Below, in pieces: positions 28,093 to 39,768 of a stretch of DNA of 64,000 nt. Within the stretch, counting starts at the first letter, position 1; each line of letters opens with the position of its first letter. The stretch is from Synechococcus sp. (GTDB taxonomy: Bacteria > Cyanobacteriota > Cyanobacteriia > PCC-6307 > Cyanobiaceae). The stretch lies in contig JBJBEO010000001.1 of assembly GCA_047284725.1 (NCBI GenBank), forward strand, positions 1,144,203-1,208,202, in the 5' to 3' direction. The notes beneath the pieces were generated by a model, which worked only from the letters and a program-made list of their open reading frames with translations, had not been told where the DNA came from and did not search any database. The translations under genes were made by a program, and so were the position numbers.

Positions 28093-29435
28093 AGGGTGCT
28101 GAGGGCGTGATACACGGGCTGACGCGCGATCAGCCTCCCCGTGTAGGCGGCAATCACAGCAGCAAGAATCAATCCAGCAAACAACTGCTGGTCACCGGTC
28201 AGTCTCCAGGCGAACACGATGGAGACCAGGGGAAGTTGGGTTGCTCCCGAGAGACCGGCGGCAAGGCCAAGGGCGATGCCGAGGTGCTGACTGATTCCCA
28301 GCACGGCACAGATGGTGTACCCAAGCAATCCGCCAAAGGTGAGTGCTGGGTCGATCAACCCACCCGGCACCCCTGGAGCCAGGGCAATCAGAGGTCCGAT
28401 CAACCTCCCCAGGGTGATCCATAGGCTTGTCAAACCATGCTGTAGTTCGCCTGCATGACTGCCGCTCAACGGCATCCCCTCATCAATCAACTGCTGCAGT
28501 AACGACTCGCCATCGCCGGTACTGGTGCCCCAGCTGCTGAGGGCAATCAAGCTGAGTCCAGCCCCGAGCAAAAGCCCTGTTCGCACAGGGAATGTCTGAA
28601 CCAGAGGCTTCAGTCTGGCGGTTGCCCAGACCAGGATTTTGCTGAACAGACCACCCACCAGTCCTCCCGCGATGCCGATGGGCACCGCCATGAGCAGCTG
28701 CTCCAGTTCCGGTGACATCACGTTGATGATCCCGAGTCCGAAAAGGGGTTGCCCTCCGAGATTGCTGAACCCCGCGGCAGCGACCCCGATCACAAGGGCA
28801 GGCCAGATCATTGTGATGGCGTAGTCGGTGGTCAGTTCCTCGAGCATGAACACCACCCCCACCAGCGGTGTGTTGAAGCCACCGGCCAAGCCGGCCCCAC
28901 CACCGATCGCCACCATCTGACGTTCATTCAGGCTGGGAAGCCAGCGGCTCAGGCGGGGATGGAGCGCCCTGGCAACAGCCGCCCCCACCTGCACCACAGG
29001 CCCCTCCCTGCCGAGCGGAAACATCGCCGCTGTCGCCATTGACCACAGCAATCCCCGTTGCACCGTGCCTGGAGCCGCCATGGCCTCTGCCATGAGGGAG
29101 GGATCATCAAGGGCATTCATGGTGGAGGGAATGCCGGATCCTGCACCCGCTTTCCAGGGACCCCGTTGCAGCATCAACAGGATCGGCATCATCACCAACG
29201 GAAGCGAGGCGACCAGCAGGCCTTGTGAGGTCCAGGCATCCCCTCGCGTTGGCAGAAGACCGAACAGAGCCGTCTGGATGCGGTCAAGACTGTTCAGAGG
29301 CCAGCAGGCCAGGCCGATGGCAATGCCGACCACCATGAGGCCGATGCCATGGCGAAGGAGAGTTTGCAGCGAGGAGCTCCGCTGATCCAGGTGGTTGGGA
29401 ATCAGGTGGTGCTGGTGACGCGGGTCTGACCTCAT
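28071..29435 (-). CDS. ClC family chloride channel/antiporter
   Basis: [19 protein letters not shown] and PGGLIDP motifs. Confidence 0.92.
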   Translation of the reverse strand: MRSDPRHQHHLIPNHLDQRSSSLQTLLRHGIGLMVVGIAIGLACWPLNSLDRIQTALFGLLPTRGDAWTSQGLLVASLPLVMMPILLMLQRGPWKAGAGSGIPSTMNALDDPSLMAEAMAAPGTVQRGLLWSMATAAMFPLGREGPVVQVGAAVARALHPRLSRWLPSLNERQMVAIGGGAGLAGGFNTPLVGVVFMLEELTTDYAITMIWPALVIGVAAAGFSNLGGQPLFGLGIINVMSPELEQLLMAVPIGIAGGLVGGLFSKILVWATARLKPLVQTFPVRTGLLLGAGLSLIALSSWGTSTGDGESLLQQLIDEGMPLSGSHAGELQHGLTSLWITLGRLIGPLIALAPGVPGGLIDPALTFGGLLGYTICAVLGISQHLGIALGLAAGLSGATQLPLVSIVFAWRLTGDQQLFAGLILAAVIAAYTGRLIARQPVYHALSTLQSAPRR

Positions 29436-31336
29436 GGCTGCATGCCGAGACCGATGGCGGCCTCCTCGATCAGTCCCGCAACGTAGGGGTGGGAGGCGCG
29501 CCTGTCGTCGCAGTGATGCAGGCCGTCATCCGCGAGCGTCACCACCAAGCGTTCACCACTCGGGTTGGTCAGGCTGATGCAACCGCGATGAATTTGTTCA
29601 CAGCTGTAGCGGTGCCCCATCCGCTCAAGGTCCATGGAAGGGTGGTGCTCACGCAACGCCTCGATCTCGAGCTGCAGCCGCTCCTCACCCTGCCATCGGT
29701 TCAGCGAAAGCCTGAAGGCCAGATCAATTCGATCCGGGATGGTTCCCTGGCCCTGCCAGCGCCAGGCAATGGCGTCATGCATGGTTCCGTTCTGGCGCAG
29801 ACGCAGGCGTAGATGCCCTCCCCGCAACGGTCGCTGTTCGATCACCTCACAGCCTCGCGTCCAGAACAGCGGGGCCGGATTGCCAATGCCGAAGGGCTCC
29901 ATCGTCAGCAGTGCTGACCACAGTCGTCGGTCGATCTGGTCAAAGCTGAGCAGGGCTTCAGGTCTGACGACCACACCCTGGGGGCGGTTGCGCATCCATT
30001 CAAGGGCCAAGGTGTTGAGCTGCTCATGCAATGCGGCCACGTTTTCGGCACGAACGGTGAAGCCACCTGCTGCAGGGTGTCCGCCAAAGCGATCCAGATG
30101 CTCTGCGCAGGCTGAAAGCGCCTGATCCACGGCAAAACCATCGGGCGCTCTCACGGAAGCCCGCATGAGCCCATCGCCATCCCCGGCGAGCAGTGCTGCT
30201 GGCCTTTGATAACGCTCCATCAGCCTTGCGGCCACGATGCCGATGACGCCATGGTGCCAGTGGCTCTGGGCCAGCAGCAGGAAGCCGGGCAAGGGTTGGA
30301 TGTCCGCTTCGACCAGGGCGACGGCTTCGGCTTCAATCGCATCGCACAGCTCACGCCGTTGACGATTCAGTCCGTCGCACTCCCGTGCCAGTCCGATCGC
30401 TGCAGCGGTGTTGTCTTCGGTCAGGAGGTCGACGACGAGGCGTGGGTCCCCCAGACGGCCCACGGCATTGATGCGTGGAGCCAGCTGAAAGCCGATATCG
30501 ATGGCACGCAGTGGCCGATCGTCAAGGCCGCTGAGCTGCTGCAAGGCGCGTAAGCCCGCACAGCGGCTGTGATGCAAGCTGCTCAAGCCTTCCCGCAACC
30601 AGCTGCGGTTGGCCCCGGTGAGTGGTGCCATGTCCGCAATGGTGCCGATGCAGAAGAGATCCCGGGCGCTGCTGATCGCGTCTGGTTGATCGAGTGATTC
30701 GGCCAGAGAACGGGCCAGGACGTACGCCAAACCCACACCCGCCAGACCTTTGTAGGGGGACCGACTGGGCGTTGTTTCTGGGTGCAGGAGAGCGAGTGCC
30801 TGGGGTGGTGGATCCGGAATGGTGTGATGGTCCGTGATGATCACCTCAACTCCCAGCTCCTTGGCTCTGGCGAGAGCGGCTTCGGCTGCCACGCCGTTAT
30901 CGACGGTGACCAGAAGCTTGACGCCTTCGTGATGGAGCTCCTCCACCATGCGCACATTCAGGCCGTAGCCATCGTCCATCCGACTGGGAATCGCTGCGAT
31001 CGGATCGGCCCCAAGCGGCTTCAAGGCTCGAATCAGCAGTGCTGTGCTGGTCATGCCGTCGGCGTCGTAGTCACCGCAGATGGCAACGGATTCACCCTGT
31101 TGGCAGGCCTGGGTGAGACGTTCAACAGCCGTTGGAAGATCCGGGAAATGATGCGCCGTTGACGGGAGCGCTGGTGGATCAAGCCACAGGGTCGCTTCGT
31201 CCACAGTCGCGTTCCCCCTCCGAGCCAGCACGGCCCTCAGGGGGAGAGGAAGGTCGAGCCCCTCCAAGGGATTCACGCCCTGGGGTTGGGGCAGTTGCCA
31301 GAGCTGGGGCTTGGAAGCGGAGACCACGAACGCCAT
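29432..31336 (-). CDS. recJ: ssDNA exonuclease RecJ
   Basis: GDYDADG, TVDNG, ITDHH, GTIADM, APRINAVGRL and GGHPAAGG; start approximate. Confidence 0.97.
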   Translation of the reverse strand: MAFVVSASKPQLWQLPQPQGVNPLEGLDLPLPLRAVLARRGNATVDEATLWLDPPALPSTAHHFPDLPTAVERLTQACQQGESVAICGDYDADGMTSTALLIRALKPLGADPIAAIPSRMDDGYGLNVRMVEELHHEGVKLLVTVDNGVAAEAALARAKELGVEVIITDHHTIPDPPPQALALLHPETTPSRSPYKGLAGVGLAYVLARSLAESLDQPDAISSARDLFCIGTIADMAPLTGANRSWLREGLSSLHHSRCAGLRALQQLSGLDDRPLRAIDIGFQLAPRINAVGRLGDPRLVVDLLTEDNTAAAIGLARECDGLNRQRRELCDAIEAEAVALVEADIQPLPGFLLLAQSHWHHGVIGIVAARLMERYQRPAALLAGDGDGLMRASVRAPDGFAVDQALSACAEHLDRFGGHPAAGGFTVRAENVAALHEQLNTLALEWMRNRPQGVVVRPEALLSFDQIDRRLWSALLTMEPFGIGNPAPLFWTRGCEVIEQRPLRGGHLRLRLRQNGTMHDAIAWRWQGQGTIPDRIDLAFRLSLNRWQGEERLQLEIEALREHHPSMDLERMGHRYSCEQIHRGCISLTNPSGERLVVTLADDGLHHCDDRRASHPYVAGLIEEAAIGLGMQP

Positions 31337-31399
31337 CGCTTGCGTCTCTGCATTGTGGTGGGTGCTGCAAGCTGGTCGAAACAACGACGACTCGGTGCC

Positions 31400-32155
31400 A
31401 TGGCCCAATTGCAGGCGGTGTTCTGGGATGTGGACGGCACGCTTGCGGATACAGAGATGGATGGGCACAGACCTGCCTTCAATTCCGCTTTCCGTGACCT
31501 TGGCTTGGCTTGGCACTGGGATCGTGCCTCCTATCAGCGCCTGCTCAGCATTCCCGGAGGTCGCCAGCGCATGGCGGTCTATGCCCGCGACCGTGGTGAT
31601 GCGCTGAGTGAGACCCTCTTGGATCAACTGCGTGCTTGCAAACAACAGCACTACCTCGTTCGGATCGCTTCAGGCGCAGTGCAACTGCGTCCTGGAGTCG
31701 CCCGTCTTCTCAATGAGTTGAAGTTCGCGGGTGTCCAACAGTGGATTGTTACCAGCAGCGGTCCGGCTTCGGTGGATGCTCTGCTGAAGGGCCTCTTCGG
31801 GGAAGGGAGCAGTCCGTTTGCAGGTGTGGTGAGTTCCAGTGATGTCGAACGGCACAAACCCGATCCCGCCCCATACCGCTGCGCGCTCGAGCGCAGCGGC
31901 CTCAAGGCGGATGCCTGTGTGGCCCTTGAGGATTCCGCCGCAGGACTGGTGGCAGCGACCGATGCATCCCTGGCCTGCCTCCTGACGCCCTCCGCCTGGG
32001 ATCAAGACCTCCCGGGTCTTCTGCAGAGGGCCAGTGCCGTGATCGATCACCTCGGCGAGGTTGACCATCGCCTCTCACAACGGTCAGGACCCCCTTGTGC
32101 TGAGGGCATGATCACGCTGGAGTATCTGCAAAGGCTTCTCGATCCTTCCCGCTGA
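31400..32155 (+). CDS. HAD-IA hydrolase, CbbY-like
   Basis: FWDVDGTLADTEMDGHRPAFN, KPDPAPY and LEDSAAG. Confidence 0.92.
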   Translation: MAQLQAVFWDVDGTLADTEMDGHRPAFNSAFRDLGLAWHWDRASYQRLLSIPGGRQRMAVYARDRGDALSETLLDQLRACKQQHYLVRIASGAVQLRPGVARLLNELKFAGVQQWIVTSSGPASVDALLKGLFGEGSSPFAGVVSSSDVERHKPDPAPYRCALERSGLKADACVALEDSAAGLVAATDASLACLLTPSAWDQDLPGLLQRASAVIDHLGEVDHRLSQRSGPPCAEGMITLEYLQRLLDPSR

Positions 32156-32490
32156 TGGCGTTGCAGCTCACTCGCTATGAACGTCTTCAACGTCAGCTGG
32201 GGCATCAGATCAGACCGGCCTTCGTGGGTCCCTGGAGACGTCGCAGCATCGGAGCCCTGGCTCTATTGATCGGCTTTTTCATCGGTAGCAATTTCACGAC
32301 CTATTACCTCGAGGAGATCGGTCAACGGCCTGTCGTGGTGCTTGTACTGGTGCTCCTGATTGAGCTGGCCATCAGGCTGCGTACACGAGTCGTTGCCGAT
32401 CCATGGCCACTGAAATGGTTGGCGATCGACAACCTGCGTCTGGGCGTGGTCTATGCAGTGGTGTTGGAGGCCTACAAACTTGGGTCTTGA
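32155..32490 (+). CDS. DUF565 / Ycf20 family membrane protein
   Basis: PWRRRS...IDNLRLGVVYAVVLEAYKLGS. Confidence 0.88.
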   Translation: MALQLTRYERLQRQLGHQIRPAFVGPWRRRSIGALALLIGFFIGSNFTTYYLEEIGQRPVVVLVLVLLIELAIRLRTRVVADPWPLKWLAIDNLRLGVVYAVVLEAYKLGS

Positions 32491-32494
32491 TCCG

Positions 32495-33445
32495 ATGCTG
32501 TTTCGCCCCGAGGGGATCCCAGGTCACTCCACTGTGTTGGAGGAGCTCGGATGGTTGGATCCGCTTGAGTGGTATCGCACCTGGCAGGGGCGCGGTGGAG
32601 CTGACCTGGGCGCCACGGCCTGGCCCTTCCCTGTGACGCCTGAATGGTTGTGGGGCGTTGGCTTTCCCCTGCTGACAGGCCTTGAGAAACGTGCCTCTTC
32701 AGGTGTTCGTTCGGTGGTAGGTCTGAGTGGTTTGCCGGGTTGCGGTAAAACCAGCCTCGCCGCCTGGATCCAGCAGGTCAGCCATGAGCTTGGGCTGTCT
32801 GTTGCCGTGGTCTCTCTGGATGATTTCTATTGGCCCGCAGAGGCCATGGATCTCGCCATGGCCGGCAATCCCTGGTCAGTTCCGAGAGCGCTGCCTGGCA
32901 GTCATGACCTTGCACTGATGCAGCAATGTCTTCGGGCGTGGAGGGCGGGGGGTGAATGGAGCGCCCCTCACTTCGATAAATCCCTGCGTGAAGGTCGCGG
33001 CGATCGTGCTGGCTGGAGTAGTTCCCCTGCGGATGTGGTGCTGTTGGAGGGATGGTTCATCGGTGCATCCCCGGACGTTGGGACCGATCTGGATCCAGGC
33101 CTCAACCTGCCTGAGAAGGAGTACAGAACAGTGGTGCGTTCGGCGCTGAAGACGTATCAACCAATCTGGTCTGAGCTCAGTGAGCTCTGGCATCTGCGGG
33201 CACCCAGTGTGTCAGCCACGCGTCTGTGGAAATCACAACAGGAAGCCAGCATGGAGAAAGCGCGTGGAATCAGACTTCCTGACCGCGCCTTGTCACAATT
33301 CATTCGCATGATCGAATCTGCCCTTCCTCCGGAAGCCCTGCAGACAATCTCGATGGCCAATGTTGTTGTGGAGCTCACGGAGACTCGAGTCATCCGTGAG
33401 CTCCGCTGCGATCAGCTTTCGCTGTCGTCTTCGGAAACCGGATAG
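32495..33445 (+). CDS. P-loop kinase (glycerate/uridine kinase-like)
   Basis: [34 protein letters not shown] and LLEGWF. Confidence 0.85.
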   Translation: MLFRPEGIPGHSTVLEELGWLDPLEWYRTWQGRGGADLGATAWPFPVTPEWLWGVGFPLLTGLEKRASSGVRSVVGLSGLPGCGKTSLAAWIQQVSHELGLSVAVVSLDDFYWPAEAMDLAMAGNPWSVPRALPGSHDLALMQQCLRAWRAGGEWSAPHFDKSLREGRGDRAGWSSSPADVVLLEGWFIGASPDVGTDLDPGLNLPEKEYRTVVRSALKTYQPIWSELSELWHLRAPSVSATRLWKSQQEASMEKARGIRLPDRALSQFIRMIESALPPEALQTISMANVVVELTETRVIRELRCDQLSLSSSETG

Positions 33446-33585
33446 ACAAAGCCCTGAGCCCGGCCACTCAGAACGGATTTGCCGATTGACATGGCGCGCT
33501 GAGCAGCAGTGGCTGCCTTGGCCTTCCAGACGGCATGACGCTGATTGCGCTTGCTCTTGGAGGTTTTCTTCTTGGGTACAGCCAT
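33412..33585 (-). CDS. rpmF: 50S ribosomal protein L32
   Basis: [49 protein letters not shown]...; 57 aa, too short for the ORF track. Confidence 0.97.
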   Translation of the reverse strand: MAVPKKKTSKSKRNQRHAVWKAKAATAAQRAMSIGKSVLSGRAQGFVYPVSEDDSES

Positions 33586-33672
33586 TGCCGGCGGGTTTCT
33601 GCCAAACGGAGATCTTCCCCTGTCGAGAGTCCTCTCGTCAAATCGCTAGGCTTTCATCAATGCAACCTTGCC

Positions 33673-35550
33673 GTGAGTTCAGGCCTTTCGGAACGTCCTC
33701 AGAGCCCTGACAAGACGGCTCCTTCAACGTCTCAATATCCACTGATTTACAGCGATTTGCTCAGGCAAATCAGAGCCGGAGAGATCAAAGAGCTGATTTT
33801 GATTCCAGCACGTCGAGAAGTGACGGCGATCTACCCCGATGGTCGTCGGGTGCTGGTTCCGATCCTTGCCAATAATCAGCAGATCCTGCGCACCGCTGAG
33901 TCCGCAGGAGTGCCTCTCAAGGTCAAGGACATTCGAGGTGAACAGGCCATGGCCGGTGTCGCCGGCAATCTCGGCCTGATTCTGCTGATCGTGGTGGGAT
34001 TGTCGTTTTTGTTGCGGCGCTCAGCGCAGGTGGCCAATCGCGCCATGGGCTTTGGCCGCAGTCAACCTCGGGTCAAACCCCAAGACGACCTCACGGTGCG
34101 TTTCGAAGACGTCGCAGGCATCAGTGAGGCCAAGGATGAACTGCAGGAAGTGGTCACGTTCCTGCGAGAACCCGAGAGTTTCATTCGACTGGGAGCCAAG
34201 ATCCCCAGAGGTGTGCTCTTGGTCGGTCCTCCCGGAACCGGTAAGACCCTGTTGGCCAAGGCGATCGCCGGCGAAGCGGGTGTTCCGTTTTTCTCGATGG
34301 CGGCTTCTGAGTTTGTGGAACTCTTTGTGGGTGTCGGCGCCTCTCGGGTCCGTGATCTGTTCAGACAGGCCAAGGAGAAATCACCCTGCATCGTCTTTAT
34401 TGATGAAATTGATGCGGTTGGCCGCCAGCGTGGTGCCGGAATCGGTGGGGGCAACGACGAGCGGGAACAGACGCTCAACCAATTGCTCACTGAGATGGAT
34501 GGGTTTGCTGATAACTCTGGGGTCATCCTGCTGGCCGCCACCAACCGGGCTGACGTGCTCGATACGGCTTTGATGCGCCCGGGTCGCTTCGATCGGCGCA
34601 TCATGGTGGACCTTCCCGATCGCCGTGGTCGTGAGGCGATCCTGTCGGTGCATGCCCGCACCAGACCTCTTCAGGACGATGTTGATCTTGGTGATTGGGC
34701 CCAGCGCACACCGGGGTTTTCTGGTGCTGACCTTGCCAACCTTCTCAATGAAGCCGCGATCCTGACGGCGCGCGATCAGGCGACGGCCATCGGTGACGAG
34801 CAGATCGAACGGGCCCTTGAGCGAATCACGATGGGATTGACGGCTGCACCCCTTCAAGACAACGCCAAAAAGCGTCTGATTGCTTATCACGAGATCGGTC
34901 ATGCGCTTGTTGCGGCGTTGACCCCCCACGCCGACAAGGTCGACAAAGTCACCTTGTTGCCCCGCAGTGGCGGTGTGGGCGGATTCACGCGGTTTTGGCC
35001 CGATGAGGAGGTGATCGACTCCGGTCTTCTCACCAAGGCGGCGCTACGGGCTCGCTTGGTTGTTGCCCTGGGAGGAAGGGCTGCAGAGATGGTGGTGTTC
35101 GGAGATGCCGAGGTCACGCAGGGAGCGAGCGGGGATCTTCAGGTGGTGAGCCAGTTGGCGCGTGAGATGGTCACCCGTTTCGGCTTTTCTGCGCTTGGGC
35201 CCGTGGCACTCGAAGCCGGCGGCAATGAAGTCTTCCTGGGGCGCGATCTTGTGCATACACGACCGTCCTATGCGGAAAGTACAGGACGCCAGATTGATAC
35301 CCAGATCAGGGACCTTGCCAAAGAGGCCCTGGCTCAGGCCGTGTCTTACCTCGAGCCCCGTCGCGAGACGATGGATCGTCTTGTGGATGCGCTCATCACT
35401 GAAGAAACCCTGCATACAGAGCGGTTCTTAAAGCTTGCTGGTCTGCAGGCTCCTCAGCCTCAGAGTCCGCCTCGGTCTCAACCGCTTGCGTCTGGCGACC
35501 ATGACCTGCTTGAGTCAGCTCGACGATCTGTCGGTCGGGGAACGTCCTGA
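33673..35550 (+). CDS. ftsH: ATP-dependent zinc metalloprotease FtsH
   Basis: [33 protein letters not shown] and GASGDL; start approximate. Confidence 0.97.
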   Translation: MSSGLSERPQSPDKTAPSTSQYPLIYSDLLRQIRAGEIKELILIPARREVTAIYPDGRRVLVPILANNQQILRTAESAGVPLKVKDIRGEQAMAGVAGNLGLILLIVVGLSFLLRRSAQVANRAMGFGRSQPRVKPQDDLTVRFEDVAGISEAKDELQEVVTFLREPESFIRLGAKIPRGVLLVGPPGTGKTLLAKAIAGEAGVPFFSMAASEFVELFVGVGASRVRDLFRQAKEKSPCIVFIDEIDAVGRQRGAGIGGGNDEREQTLNQLLTEMDGFADNSGVILLAATNRADVLDTALMRPGRFDRRIMVDLPDRRGREAILSVHARTRPLQDDVDLGDWAQRTPGFSGADLANLLNEAAILTARDQATAIGDEQIERALERITMGLTAAPLQDNAKKRLIAYHEIGHALVAALTPHADKVDKVTLLPRSGGVGGFTRFWPDEEVIDSGLLTKAALRARLVVALGGRAAEMVVFGDAEVTQGASGDLQVVSQLAREMVTRFGFSALGPVALEAGGNEVFLGRDLVHTRPSYAESTGRQIDTQIRDLAKEALAQAVSYLEPRRETMDRLVDALITEETLHTERFLKLAGLQAPQPQSPPRSQPLASGDHDLLESARRSVGRGTS

Positions 35551-35598
35551 GCTCACTCTTGATGAGCTGATTAATTTGGGATAGCTGATCGTTCGGGA

Positions 35599-38463
35599 TT
35601 GAGTCGTCCCACCCGACCCAGGAATCGTCAGGGGTTCTTCAGCCAGCACCGCCTTCGGTTCTGGCTTTGTCTTGTCACCCTCGTTCTCGCTCTTGCAGCA
35701 GTCGCTCGGCTGCAGGTTGAGTGGCTCTGGTTTCAGCAGTTCTCTCTTGAAACGGTTGTTCTGCGTCGTTGGCTGTTGCAGGCTGCAGGATTTCTGGCGG
35801 CCGCCTGTCTGGCCCTGGCGGGTGCTCTCTGGCGCCACAACTGGTTGAGGCTGGGTCGACGTGACCTCTCGGTGGATCGGGAGGATCCTCACAGGCTGGC
35901 AATGGCAGGGCTCCGGTACACCTTTGTGCTGGTGCTTTGTGGTTGTGTCGTCGTCTTCGACCTGCTGGTGTTGGCCCGTCTGGCCTGGCTCGCCTGGTTG
36001 ACCCCCTTTCGTTTGGGGCAGTGGTGGGAACAACCCGTGGATGCAGCCAGTGTGATCACAGCAACAGTGGCCGGGTTCATCGCCCTTGCGGTGGGTCTCA
36101 CCCAGCGTCGTGCCATGGCCGCTGTGTTCTGGCTGGGAAGCTTGTTGACCTGCTTCACAGCGGCACGGGCCTGGGGGCTCTGGGCCCTGGCACTCACCAT
36201 TCCATCAACGGGTGAGGTCGAGCCTCTGTTCGGAGCTGATGTGAGCTTCGGGCTTGGACGGTTCTCGGCCCTGGCGTTGCTGTGGCAACTGTTGCTGGCT
36301 CAGCTGGTGCTGACGGTTGGTACAGCCCTGCTGGTGCGATTCACGCGATCGCCAGCCCTGACTGACTGGCGATTTGATGGACTGCTGCCGATTGAGCGTC
36401 GACGCTTGCGCCCCCTGCTTGCCGTTGTTCTCGGGCTCCTGGCAGCACTTCTCTGGCTCTCGCGTCATCAGATGCTCTGGACGCAGGATGGTGTGGTGGC
36501 CGGTGCTGGCTGGCTCGATGTCCATTTCGTGTTGCCTTTGCGCCAATCGGCGTCGATCGCGCTGTTTGCCCTGGCCGCACTGGTCTTCCCCCTGCCTGGT
36601 TCGATTCCACGGCGACGTTGGCGATTACTGGCTGCTGCTGTGCTGTTTGGTGCCCTCATCCTTGAAGTGGTGATGACACCAGCGTTGCAGTGGTTGGTGG
36701 TCAAACCAAGGGAATTGACGCTTGAAACCCCTTATTTAGATCATGCAATCACGGCGACACGAAATGCTTTTCAACTGAATGAAGTCTCTTCCCAGTCGTT
36801 CAACCCGGCCCCGCGCCTGCGTCCTCAGGATCTGATGGAGGGTGCTTCCACGCGGCGCAATGTGCGCCTTTGGGATAGCCAACCTCTGCTGGCAACAAAC
36901 CGGCAACTGCAACAACTGAGGCTTTATTACCGTTTCTCCAATGCAGCCGTTGATCGCTACCAACTGGCTCCGGATCAGGACCAGCGCCAACAAGTGATCA
37001 TCGCCGCTCGTGAGCTCGATCAGGCGTCATTGCCTGAGCGTTCTCGAACCTGGTTGAACCGTCATTTCGTCTTCACCCATGGCTACGGTTTCACACTCAG
37101 TCCTGTCAATACGAAGGCAACCGACAACCTGCCTGAATACTTCATCAGTGATCTAGGCAAGTCCACTCGGATTACAGGAAATGCGTCCTTGGATATTAGT
37201 CGCGAGGACGTCATGGAACGGGTGCCGATCGGTCGAGCAGCGCTCTATTTCGGCATGTTGCCTTCGCCCTATGCGGTGGCACCGACCGACGTGCCGGAAT
37301 TTGACTTTCCCGAAGGTGATGTCAATAAATACACCCACTATTCCGGGCAGGCGGGTGTGCCACTGTCCAACGCCTGGCAGCGACTTACTGCTGCGATTTA
37401 TCTCAAAGAGCCTCGATTACTCAACACCCCCTCTCTGCAGTCAACGTCGAAACTGCTGATTCGTCGGGATGTCCGCCAGCGTTTACAGGCACTTGCTCCA
37501 TTCCTGGCTTTCCATGGCGACCCCTATCTCGTGTCCGTGCCTATCGAGGGGAATCATCCTGGTTACGTCTCAGAACAACATCAATATTGGATTGTTGATG
37601 CCTATACAGAGTCGAAGACTTATCCTTATTCAGCGGATCTCCCTGATGGCAGCTCCCTTCGTTATGCACGTAATTCCGTGAAGGCAGTGGTTGATGCCTA
37701 TAACGGCAGCGTCCATCTGTATGTCTCTGAGCCTGAAGATCCCATCATCCTTGGATGGCAGGCACTCTTCCCAGAACTGTTTCAGCCACTCGATGCCATG
37801 CCTGCAGAGTTACAGGCTCATCTGATGGTTCCAAATCATCTGTTTGAATTGCAGGTTCAGCAGTTATTGCGATATCACGTGACTGACCCACGCACGTTTT
37901 ATAGCGGTGATGATGTTTGGCAAGTGCCAAAGGAGACCTATGGCAAGCGTCAGATTCCCGTTGCTCCTTATCACATTACGGCTCAGATCAACTCAGCCAA
38001 CCCCTCTGAATTCCTTCTGCTTCAGCCTCTGACACCGCTGGCACGACCCAACCTGGCTGCCTGGCTTGTTGCCCGCAGTGATGGTCCTCATTACGGCGAG
38101 CTTGTGTTGTTGCGCTTTCCATCCGAGCGGCGGATCTTTGGTCCTGAACAAATTCAGGCACTCATCAATCAGAATCCCCTGATCAGTCAGAAATTTGGTT
38201 TATGGGATCGTGCAGGTTCTGAGGTGGTACAGGGCAATCTGTTGGTGCTTCCGATTGGTGAAGCGTTGCTTTACGTGGAGCCTGTGTATCTACGGGCGAG
38301 TCGTGGAGGCCTGCCAACGCTGATTCGCGTTGTTGTAAGCGACGGCAGCCGTGTTGCCATGGATTCCAATCTGACTGATGCGCTGAAGGCATTGATTGGA
38401 GATGAATCATCAACTTCTCTGGTTCAAGACCTTTCGCTGACGCCAGAACCCTCCCTTGACTGA
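35599..38463 (+). CDS. UPF0182 family membrane protein
   Basis: EWLWF, NVRLWD, FTHGYG, YARNSVKAVVDAYNG and LLYVEPVYL. Confidence 0.93.
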   Translation: MSRPTRPRNRQGFFSQHRLRFWLCLVTLVLALAAVARLQVEWLWFQQFSLETVVLRRWLLQAAGFLAAACLALAGALWRHNWLRLGRRDLSVDREDPHRLAMAGLRYTFVLVLCGCVVVFDLLVLARLAWLAWLTPFRLGQWWEQPVDAASVITATVAGFIALAVGLTQRRAMAAVFWLGSLLTCFTAARAWGLWALALTIPSTGEVEPLFGADVSFGLGRFSALALLWQLLLAQLVLTVGTALLVRFTRSPALTDWRFDGLLPIERRRLRPLLAVVLGLLAALLWLSRHQMLWTQDGVVAGAGWLDVHFVLPLRQSASIALFALAALVFPLPGSIPRRRWRLLAAAVLFGALILEVVMTPALQWLVVKPRELTLETPYLDHAITATRNAFQLNEVSSQSFNPAPRLRPQDLMEGASTRRNVRLWDSQPLLATNRQLQQLRLYYRFSNAAVDRYQLAPDQDQRQQVIIAARELDQASLPERSRTWLNRHFVFTHGYGFTLSPVNTKATDNLPEYFISDLGKSTRITGNASLDISREDVMERVPIGRAALYFGMLPSPYAVAPTDVPEFDFPEGDVNKYTHYSGQAGVPLSNAWQRLTAAIYLKEPRLLNTPSLQSTSKLLIRRDVRQRLQALAPFLAFHGDPYLVSVPIEGNHPGYVSEQHQYWIVDAYTESKTYPYSADLPDGSSLRYARNSVKAVVDAYNGSVHLYVSEPEDPIILGWQALFPELFQPLDAMPAELQAHLMVPNHLFELQVQQLLRYHVTDPRTFYSGDDVWQVPKETYGKRQIPVAPYHITAQINSANPSEFLLLQPLTPLARPNLAAWLVARSDGPHYGELVLLRFPSERRIFGPEQIQALINQNPLISQKFGLWDRAGSEVVQGNLLVLPIGEALLYVEPVYLRASRGGLPTLIRVVVSDGSRVAMDSNLTDALKALIGDESSTSLVQDLSLTPEPSLD

Positions 38464-38487
38464 GTTTTGAAGAGTCTCAGGGCCAAG

Positions 38488-38512
38488 AAAAAACCGCCCC
38501 ATGGGGGCGGTT
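38488..38512 (-). terminator. Rho-independent terminator of the peroxiredoxin gene
   Basis: AACCGCCCC-ATG-GGGGCGGTT stem with a T-run on the minus strand. Confidence 0.75.
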
Positions 38513-38533
38513 CTCAGAGCGCAGACGTGTGGC

Positions 38534-39136
38534 TCAGTTGACTGCAGCGAAAAACTCCTTGCTGCCAACGGGGTCGGGCTTCATGGTCTTTTCTCCAGGA
38601 GTCCAGTTGGCGGGACAGACCTCATCGGGATGGGACTGCACATACTGGAAGGCTTGCAGCACACGAAGCGTTTCATCAACGTTCCGGCCGACGGGCAGGT
38701 TGTTGATGGTGGAGTGCATGATCACACCATCCGGATCGATAATGAACAGACCACGCAGAGCCACACCGGCCTCATCGTCGAGAACGTTGTAGGCAGTCGA
38801 GATCTCCTTCTTCAGGTCAGCAACGAGGGGATAGCTGATATCGCCAAGGCCGCCCTGATTGCGAGGGGTCTGAATCCAGGCCAGATGGCTGAACTGGCTG
38901 TCCACGGACACGCCCAGCACTTCAGTGTTCTTGCTGGAGAATTCTGCGTAGCGATCGCTGAACGCGGTGATCTCCGTGGGGCACACGAAGGTGAAGTCGA
39001 GGGGATAGAAGAACAGAACCACGTACTTGCCGCGATACTGCGACAGGGTGATCTCCTTGAATTCCTGGTCAACCACTGCGGTGGCAGTGAAGTCGGGGGC
39101 CTGCTGGCCCACACGCAGACAGCCTGTGGCAGTCAT
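38534..39136 (-). CDS. 2-Cys peroxiredoxin (AhpC/TSA)
   Basis: [14 protein letters not shown] and EVCPANW. Confidence 0.97.
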   Translation of the reverse strand: MTATGCLRVGQQAPDFTATAVVDQEFKEITLSQYRGKYVVLFFYPLDFTFVCPTEITAFSDRYAEFSSKNTEVLGVSVDSQFSHLAWIQTPRNQGGLGDISYPLVADLKKEISTAYNVLDDEAGVALRGLFIIDPDGVIMHSTINNLPVGRNVDETLRVLQAFQYVQSHPDEVCPANWTPGEKTMKPDPVGSKEFFAAVN

Positions 39137-39307
39137 GATGGAAGAGCGATGGTGAAGCTCCGGCACTCGAACACTCGCTATACGAAGTCGATTCGACTAC
39201 CAGTTGCTCGCATCAATTTATCACGGAGATTCGATCCGGTTCCGGTGCCGTTATCCAGAGGGTTCAGCCCCCTTGAAAGATAGACTGGTCTGATGATCAA
39301 GCGTTCA

Positions 39308-39586
39308 ATGGCCTGGGATCAGGCCTTGCTCAGAAAATTCAGCAGCACCGGTCATTTCCGTTTGCTCAATCAGGTCCGCAGCGAGCTGAAGGCCCAGCCC
39401 CTTGCCAGGGACCCTCACACCAAGGCCTTGATGCTGCAGGCCCGCCCCATGCGTGGTCAGTCGGTTCGCGCTCAGCGTCGACCCAACGCCCTGGAGGCCA
39501 CCCACGGAGAAGGATCGACGGCAGATCAATCATTGGATACGCCCCGATCATTCCGTGATCGGTTGAATGCGATAGAAATGCGTTGA
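39308..39586 (+). CDS. Conserved picocyanobacterial hypothetical protein
   Basis: MAWDQALLRKFSSTGHFRLLNQVRSELK...SFRDRLNAIEMR; followed by a terminator. Confidence 0.75.
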   Translation: MAWDQALLRKFSSTGHFRLLNQVRSELKAQPLARDPHTKALMLQARPMRGQSVRAQRRPNALEATHGEGSTADQSLDTPRSFRDRLNAIEMR

Positions 39587-39619
39587 GAGTTTGTTTCTTG
39601 ATCGATGGTCGTATCAATC

Positions 39620-39652
39620 AAAAAGCCCAGCTATTTAATAGCTGGGCTTTTT
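39620..39652. terminator. Bidirectional terminator
   Basis: AAAAAGCCCAGCTATT-T-AATAGCTGGGCTTTTT between convergent genes. Confidence 0.88.
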
Positions 39653-39658
39653 GCTAAA

Positions 39659-39732
<74 letters not shown>

Positions 39733-39768
39733 ACAACTCAGATAGTTTAAACGATCGACCGTCCCCGA